Assembly (NCBI GenBank): GCA_964057225.1
Contig: OZ059900.1
Coordinates: 8,928,001-8,992,000 of the forward strand
DNA: 64,000 nucleotides
Direction of reading: 5' to 3'
Source: Auanema rhodensis
Taxonomy: Eukaryota; Animalia; Nematoda
Within the stretch, counting starts at the first letter, position 1. Each line of letters begins with the position of its first letter. Positions 59,501 to 64,000 of this stretch are shown here, in pieces. The notes beneath the pieces are model-generated. The model did not search any database. It was not told the origin of the DNA and worked only from the letters and a program-made list of their open reading frames with translations. Both the position numbers and the translations under genes were made by a program.

Positions 59501-62500
59501 TGCAAAATACACCTATATGAACATTCTATGACAGTATTTCATATATTTAGTCGTTTTAGAAAAAAAAATATGCTTAAGATCAAAAGTTTGAGTGATTTTG
59601 CCAAAATGCCCTTCAAACCCCAAAAAACCAATAATTCTTGATATTTTCGGTCCTTTTTGACCAAAGTAGTTGAAATTGAACATATAGGTGTGAAAATAGT
59701 CAAAGTTTATGAATCCTAAATTTCATATCCATATCTCAAAGAGTCTAATCAACACATACAGTTTTCACATGTTTTGTACCCAAAATCGTTGAATATATGG
59801 CGTTTTGAGCATAAAAAGGCCCATATTTCAATCAGTTTTGATATTCGTGCAAAATACACCTATATGAACATTCTATGACAGTATTTCATATATTTAGTCG
59901 TTTTAGAAGAAAAAAATATGCTTAAGATCAAAAGTTTGAGTGATTTTGCCAAAATGCCCTTCAAACCCCAAAAAACCAATAATTCTTGATATTTTCGGTC
60001 CTTTTTTACCAAAGTGGTTAGAATTGAACATATATATGTAAATATAGTCAAAGTTTATAAATCCTGAACTTCAAATCCATATCTCAAAGGGTCTGATCAA
60101 CACATACAGTTTTCACATGTTTTGTAACCAAAATCGTTGAATATATGGCGTTTTGAGCATAAAAAGGCCCATATTTCAATCAGTTTTGATATTCGTGCAA
60201 AATACACCTATATGAACATTTTATGACAGTATTTCATATATTTAGTCGTTTTAGAAGAAAAAAATATGCTTAAGATCAAAAGTTTGAGTGATTTTGCCAA
60301 AATGCCCTTCAAACCCCAAAAAACCAATAATTCTTGATATTTTCGGTCCTTTTTGACCAAAGTGGTTAAAATTGAACATATATATGTTAAAATAGTCAAC
60401 GTTTATAAATCCTGAATTTCAAATCCATATCTCAAAGGGTCTGATCAAAACATACAGTTTTCACATGTTTTGTACCCAAAATCGTTGAATATATGTCGTT
60501 TTGAGCATAAAAAGGCCTATATTTCAATCAGTTTTGATATTCGTGCAAAATACAAATATATATGAACATTTTATGACAGTATTTCATACATTTAGTCGTT
60601 TTAGAAGAAAAAAATATGCTTAAGATCAAAAGTTTGACTGATTTTGCCAAAATGCCCTTCAAACCTCAAAAAACCAATAATTCTTGATATTTTCGGTCCT
60701 TTTTGACCAAAGTAGTTAAAATTGAACATATAGATGTGAAAATAGTCAAAGTTTATGAATCCTAAATTTCAGATCCATATCTCAAAGGGTCTGATCAACA
60801 CATACAGTTTTCACATGTTTTGTACCCAAAATCGTTGAATATATGGCGTTTTGAGCATAAAAAGGCCCATATTTCAATCAGTTTTGATATTCCTGCAAAA
60901 TACACCTATATGAACATTCTATGACAGTATTTCATATATTTAGTCGTTTTAGAAGAAAAAAATATGCTTAAGATCAAAAGTTTGAGTGATTTTGCCAAAA
61001 TGCCCTTCAAACCCCAAAAAACCAATAATTCTTGATATTTTCGGTCCTTTTTGACCAAAGTGGTTAAAATTGAACATATATATGTTAAAATAGTCAAAGT
61101 TTATAAATTCTGAACTTCAAATCCATATCTCAAAGGGTCTGATCAAAACATACAGTTTTCACATGTTTTGTACCCAAAATCGTTGAATATATGGCGTTTT
61201 GAGCATAAAAAGGCCCATATTTCAATCAGTTTTGATATTCGTGCAAAATACACCTATATGAACATTCTATGACAGTATTTCATATATTTAGTCATTTTAG
61301 AAAAAAAAATATGCTTATGATCAAAAGTTTGAGTGATTTTGCCAAAATGCCCTTCAAACCCCAAAAAACCAATAATTCTTGATATTTTCGGTCCTTTTTG
61401 ACCAAAGTGGTTAAAATTGAACATATATATGTTAAAATAGTCAAAGTTTATAAATCCTGAACTTCAAATCCATATCTCAAAGGGTCTGATCAAAACATAC
61501 AGTTTTCACATGTTTTGTACCCAAAATCGTTGAATATATGGCGTTTTGAGCATAAAAAGGCCCATATTTCAATCAGTTTTGATATTCGTGCAAAATACAC
61601 CTATATGAACATTCTATGACAGTATTTCATATATTTAGTCGTTTTAGAAAAAAAAATATGCTTAAGATCAAAAGTTTGAGTGATTTTGCCAAAATGCCCT
61701 TCAAACCCCAAAAAACCAATAATTCTTGATATTTTCGGTCCTTTTTGACCAAAGTAGTTAAAATTGAACATATAGATGTGAAAATAGTCAAAGTTTATGA
61801 ATCCTAAATTTCAGATCCATATCTCAAAGGGTCTAATCAACACATACAGTTTTCACATGTTTTGTACCCAAAATCGTTGAATATATGGCGTTTTGAGCAT
61901 AAAAAGGCCCATATTTCAATCAGTTTTGATATTCGTGCAAAATACACCTATATGAACATTCTATGACAGTATTTCATATATTTAGTCGTTTTAGAAGAAA
62001 AAAATATGCTTAAGATCAAAAGTTTGAGTGATTTTGCCAAAATGCCCTTCAAACCCCAAAAAACCAATAATTCTTGATATTTTCGGTCCTTTTTTACCAA
62101 AGTGGTTAGAATTGAACATATATATGTAAATATAGTCAAAGTTTATAAATCCTGAACTTCAAATCCATATATCAAAGGGTCTGATCAACACATACAGTTT
62201 TCACATGTTTTGTACCCAAAATCGTTGAATATATGGCGTTTTGTGTGCGAACGCACTCCATCTTTCCCATACTCTTTTTGGACAACGATGCACTTTTATT
62301 CCCACTATTCTATTCACCTATGACACATACGTACCGCATGCAAGTTTATCCGATTACTCACCAGATGTTCCTTCCTTATTGTCTCTTAAAACACATCTGT
62401 CTATCTTAACCTTTATGTTTAATCTTGTTCTCTTATTGCCTATAGTCTATTTAAATCTTATAAATTCATTTAGTACAATCAATAATCTTGTAAGTTGCAA

Positions 62501-62518
62501 TTGAGGTCCAAATGGCTC

Positions 62519-62588
62519 ATGACTCATTCGCCCACTCGCGCATCCTGCAAAATCTGGGAGATGCCGCACAGGATAAGACATGACTCAT
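62519..62588. promoter_or_regulatory. Two AP-1/bZIP-type sites (ATGACTCAT) in U3
   Basis: ATGACTCAT occurs at 62519-62527 and 62580-62588, with a near-copy ATGGCTCAT at 62512-62520. Confidence 0.45.
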
Positions 62589-62819
62589 CTGCACTTACCC
62601 TGCCCCCACAACTTACATCAGAAGGCACATTCAATCTGTGGCAAATGCTGTATTCTCTGTATATTCTATCCTATTCTAATATTCAGCCCACGAATCTATT
62701 ATTCCTAGATTATTTTATATTTCATTTATTATATATTATTTCGTATTCTTGTTGTAAAATATTTCTCTATTTCTTCTTGCCATCATTAATATGTATTGTA
62801 TATCGCCCGGTAGAATTTG

Positions 62820-62826
62820 TATATAA
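62820..62826 (+). promoter_or_regulatory. Putative LTR TATA box (TATATAA)
   Basis: TATATAAG lies about 165 bp upstream of AATAAA, a typical U3 position. Confidence 0.6.
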
Positions 62827-62985
62827 GCTCGCAGCTTTTCCCCATTCTTCACCTCTTGATCCAACGACCGCTCCAAGCGTCGTTCTGCTGTTGCTGCTGC
62901 TCCATATTTACTTTGTATTCTTGCTTCGTATCGTATTCATCTATATTCCTATTTTTGTCACTGTTGTCTTTACCAGTTCTCTCTT

Positions 62986-62991
62986 AATAAA
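62986..62991 (+). terminator. Putative LTR polyadenylation signal (AATAAA)
   Basis: AATAAA lies 105 bp before the inferred LTR end. Confidence 0.6.
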
Positions 62992-63050
62992 TCGTTGTCC
63001 AAGTAACCTAGCGTTCTCGTTCTTTACACTTCAAATCCACTGAACCACCC

Positions 63051-64000
63051 ATGCCTGTTTTACGCTCTCCTACTTCAAAGGACTCCAGTCAAAACATGGT
63101 GCATGAGGCCGAGGCTTCCGATACCTCTCGGGCCAACGCTTGGATCGCTAGGTGTACTTCGTTTTTGACTAAGCTTCAAAAACAGGACGGACGACGAAAA
63201 TCTTTCATGACTCGTCAAATCAATCTCCAGTCAAACAAAATGACCTGGATGATTGAACTTCGTGAAAAAGAGATGCTGGCTATTGACCTTGACATCAACA
63301 TGATCAACTCCCTCATTGAGGAGTTGAACAATATTACCGAAGATCTTAACTCTGAAGATCAAGAGAGAATCCTCGCTAACGAGGATACTCTCCGGAAACA
63401 CATATCCACCCTACGTGGATATACCTCCGCGCTAAGAGACCAAGTCTCTGCAATGCGAGCTCAAGACCCGGAAGAAGAACAAACTTCTTCTGCGCCGTCT
63501 GCCCAGCCCATTGCCAACATTCCGCTCACAACTGAAGTTCAGAGGCCATACCTCACCCAACCGACTCAAGCTCAGTTTGGAAACGAACCGCTACTAATAG
63601 CGTACAGGGATTCCTACAGACTGAGACCCACGGTCAAACCTGTAGACATCCCTAAGTTTGACGGAAATGTGAAGAACTGGCGCAACTTCTGGAGTTTGTT
63701 CAACAGACTCATTCACTCGGCTAACATACCGACAATCGAGAAATTCAACTACCTACGTCAATCTCTTGTCGGTGAAGCAGCCGCGCAGCTCTCTTTGTTC
63801 ACAACGAACGAAGACTCCTATGACGCTGCCGTCTGCTTCCTCCATGATTTGTACGATGACAACGACAACATCCTCCAACACCTGATGTTGGATTTCGTAC
63901 AAATCAAACCACGCTCCACGAGCAACAGAGACCTTCTGTTCATGGCCGACAAGATATGCGGTATCTTTCGCCAAACAGAAACCAATTCACACGAAGCGCT
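63051..64000 (+). CDS. gag: Gag (or Gag-Pol N-terminus) of BEL/Pao retrotransposon, partial, >316 aa
   Basis: Hand translation is open from ATG 63051 (second ATG at 63096) to the window end: MPVLRSPTSKDSSQNMVHEAEAS..., a helical acidic region, a P/Q/T linker, then VKPVDIPKFDGNVKNWRNFWSLFNRLIHSANIPTIEKFNYLRQSLVGEAAAQL...SYDAAVCFLHDLYDD. This fits the DUF1759-type BEL/Pao Gag pattern (P.FDG...W..FW..F...IH...KF.YL...L.GEA). Probably missing from the track because no stop lies in the window. Confidence 0.9.
   Translation, partial: MPVLRSPTSKDSSQNMVHEAEASDTSRANAWIARCTSFLTKLQKQDGRRKSFMTRQINLQSNKMTWMIELREKEMLAIDLDINMINSLIEELNNITEDLNSEDQERILANEDTLRKHISTLRGYTSALRDQVSAMRAQDPEEEQTSSAPSAQPIANIPLTTEVQRPYLTQPTQAQFGNEPLLIAYRDSYRLRPTVKPVDIPKFDGNVKNWRNFWSLFNRLIHSANIPTIEKFNYLRQSLVGEAAAQLSLFTTNEDSYDAAVCFLHDLYDDNDNILQHLMLDFVQIKPRSTSNRDLLFMADKICGIFRQTETNSHEA
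63097..63114 (+). promoter_or_regulatory. Primer-binding site, tRNA-Gly(GCC)-like
   Basis: TGGTGCATGAGGCCGAGG follows the LTR-terminal CA. It resembles the reverse complement of the animal tRNA-Gly(GCC) 3' end (TGGTGCAT[C/T]GGCCGGG, from memory): the first 8 nt are exact, the rest imperfect. Confidence 0.72.

Larger units (their letters stand above)
1..62243 (+). repeat. Tandem satellite array, 348-bp monomer, ~179 copies, continues beyond left edge
   Basis: TTTGATATTCGTGCAAAATACACC at 1 recurs at 349, 697 and so on. ORF-track coordinates step by 348 with occasional 1-4 bp slips. The first monomer has 105/348 G+C (30%, hand count). No inversion or foreign insert was seen before 62243. Confidence 0.99.
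62244..63096 (+). repeat. 5' LTR (~853 bp)
   Basis: TGTGCG...AAAACA termini, with TATATAA at 62820-62826 and AATAAA at 62986-62991 in the expected order. The second LTR is outside the window, so the boundaries are inferred. Confidence 0.78.
62244..64000 (+). mobile_element. BEL/Pao-superfamily LTR retrotransposon, 5' part (truncated by window end)
   Basis: Abrupt satellite break followed by TGT. The LTR ends ...AAAACA directly before a TGG-starting PBS, followed by a Gag ORF with BEL/Pao-type motifs. The start could alternatively be 62242 because of TG microhomology with the satellite. Confidence 0.9.

Noticed and set aside
5630-61660. A-run length changes as a meaningful signal
   Set aside because: Most single-base changes lie in a 9-11 nt homopolymer and may be slippage or sequencing error, except where copied with duplicated blocks.
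24-62139. Over 100 copies of a 63-aa minus-strand ORF (MTI.TYICS...) as a tandem gene family
   Set aside because: It starts at TTG, has no recognisable domain, is broken by stops or frameshifts in many monomers, and its variants are largely non-synonymous; it is a by-product of the repeat.
1-62243. CRISPR array, or tandem 5S/tRNA/snRNA gene cluster
   Set aside because: There are no unique spacers or cas genes, and I recognised no Pol III boxes or structural RNA sequence. An Rfam search was not run.
62245-62256. Mini-hairpin GTGCG-AA-CGCAC at LTR start as a Helitron end or terminator
   Set aside because: It is too short, lacks a downstream CTRR end, and the context is explained by an LTR.
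62241-62504. 87-aa ORF at the satellite/LTR junction
   Set aside because: TTG start derives from the satellite, the composition is low-complexity T/C-rich, and there is no motif.
62885-62900. CTG-like microsatellite in the LTR
   Set aside because: Only about five imperfect units; not significant.
63753-63974. 73-aa minus-strand ORF
   Set aside because: It is the antisense shadow of the Gag frame.

Overview
Eukaryotic (metazoan) heterochromatin-like window. Bases 1 to ~62243 are one uninterrupted head-to-tail satellite array of a 348-bp, ~30% GC monomer (~179 copies, one orientation, near-identical). Diagnostic variants show nested multi-monomer duplications (2-, 3-, 6-, 7-, 9/10-, 11/12- and 20-mer offsets), chimeric monomers and position-restricted subfamilies that become more divergent to the right. 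At 62243/62244 the satellite breaks mid-monomer, at the arm/loop boundary of an imperfect dyad, and an apparently intact BEL/Pao LTR retrotransposon begins. It shows an ~853-bp 5' LTR (TGT...ACA, TATA, AATAAA, two ATGACTCAT sites), a tRNA-Gly-like PBS and a Gag ORF with DUF1759-like motifs. That ORF is absent from the supplied track, starts inside the LTR and runs off the window end. The many 63-73 aa ORFs in the track are artefacts of the repeat. I found no clearly new protein system; the interest lies in the satellite architecture and the LTR-satellite junction.
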